64,000 nucleotides of DNA from Ilumatobacteraceae bacterium. Lineage in GTDB: Bacteria; Actinomycetota; Acidimicrobiia; Acidimicrobiales; Ilumatobacteraceae. Below the pieces are notes generated by a model, which was given only the letters and a program-made list of their open reading frames with translations, did not search any database and was not told the origin of the DNA. Both the position numbers and the translations under genes were made by a program. Within the stretch, counting starts at the first letter, position 1. The number at the start of each line of letters is the position of its first letter. Below are positions 63,539 to 64,000 of the stretch, in pieces. Location of the stretch: the NCBI GenBank assembly GCA_963829585.1, contig CAWHJD010000014.1, forward strand, positions 22,146 through 86,145. Direction: 5' to 3'.

Positions 63539-63561
63539 CCCCCGAGAAGACCACCCACGCT

Positions 63562-63614
63562 CCGAAATTCTCCTCCCAGCGCGCGCTGAGCGCGCACACG
63601 GAGGAGAATTTCGG
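63562..63614. terminator. long hairpin between convergent tal and oxidoreductase genes
   Basis: CCGAAATTCTCCTCC ... GGAGGAGAATTTCGG, perfect 15-bp arms, with an inner GCGCGC-TGA-GCGCGC palindrome. Confidence 0.55.
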
Positions 63615-63638
63615 GATGGGGGCCGGGTGAAGTCGGGG

Positions 63639-64000
63639 TCAGGACGGCTTGACGTTGATCGTGAGGCGTGGATAGCCCTGTGCGCCGTTGGGGGCCACGG
63701 GGGCGTACTCGTCGGTCTGGGGGACGCCGTCGCCGTCGAAGGCCCGGGCTTCGATCAGGTGCTTGCCCGGCGGCGGGGCGATCCGGCGCACCCATTGCAC
63801 CCACGTGTCGTTCGAGGGGGTGCCACCGAGTTCGGCGTCCATCCACTCGCCCTCGTCGACACGAACCTGCACCTTGGACACGCCGCGATGGATCGCCCAG
63901 GCGACGCCACCCACGACGACGTCGCCGACGTGGTCCCGTTGCCGGGGCGTGTCGATGCGGGCCATGGTCTTGATCGGACCCTCCTTCGACCAGCCGCGGG
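63639..64000 (-). CDS. C-terminal part of a molybdopterin-dependent (sulfite-oxidase-family) oxidoreductase, 5' end outside window
   Basis: The frame is open to the window edge (RGWSKEGPIKTMARIDTPRQ...). VSKVQVRVDEGEWMDAEL...WVQW resembles the Mo-co oxidoreductase dimerisation domain. Confidence 0.6.
   Translation of the reverse strand, partial: RGWSKEGPIKTMARIDTPRQRDHVGDVVVGGVAWAIHRGVSKVQVRVDEGEWMDAELGGTPSNDTWVQWVRRIAPPPGKHLIEARAFDGDGVPQTDEYAPVAPNGAQGYPRLTINVKPS

Noticed and set aside
1-64000. Searched by eye for tRNA/rRNA genes, CRISPR arrays, transposases/integrases, toxin-antitoxin pairs and known anti-phage defence gene sets.
   Set aside because: Intergenic gaps are almost all under 135 nt. 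The only repeats are short tandem duplications (15-, 21-, 23- and 24-bp units, each 2-3 copies), not spacer-interspersed arrays. No translation shows DDE/tyrosine-recombinase, PIN/RelE-type or defence-system hallmark motifs.

Overview
This is a GC-rich actinobacterial chromosomal segment. The lineage call rests on a WhiB-family gene, a complete Pup-proteasome locus, Ni-SOD (sodN/sodX), DUF4193, and the gcvH-FHA-MerR-DUF151-MerR gene order known from mycobacteria. I support about 65 protein genes. I found no rRNA, tRNA, CRISPR array, transposase or integrase.

Main blocks:
1. Glycine cleavage genes gcvH, gcvT and gcvP, with a tandem glycine riboswitch in front of gcvP.
2. Cell-wall remodelling enzymes: an L,D-transpeptidase, a 5x PG-binding/M23 peptidase, and two tandem PBP4-type carboxypeptidases.
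3. helY-tatC-tatA next to the Pup-proteasome locus (pafA ... prcA-prcB-pup-dop ... arc). No pafBC is present, and a pxpABC/amidohydrolase block sits inside the locus.
4. A translationally coupled trmI-ttuA-ttuB-like tRNA modification / sulfur-carrier operon, fused to three small membrane or basic proteins.
5. kup, a BNR-repeat secreted protein, and an ADP-forming acyl-CoA synthetase.
6. sodN/sodX, tkt-tal and assorted housekeeping genes.

The most pervasive signal is technical. At least 19 recognisable genes or gene segments continue in the next reading frame, and every break fits one extra base. Where I could pin the site, the extra base usually lies in a G/C homopolymer. I read these as insertion-type sequence errors, not decay.

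I did not find an obvious novel defence or mobile system. The most interesting biology is the trmI-ttuA-ttuB operon (carrier ending GGAA), the remodelled Pup locus, an unassigned structured leader upstream of the M23 peptidase gene, and several exact repeats and palindromes in intergenic DNA.

All calls come from reading translations and motifs by eye. No searches were run.
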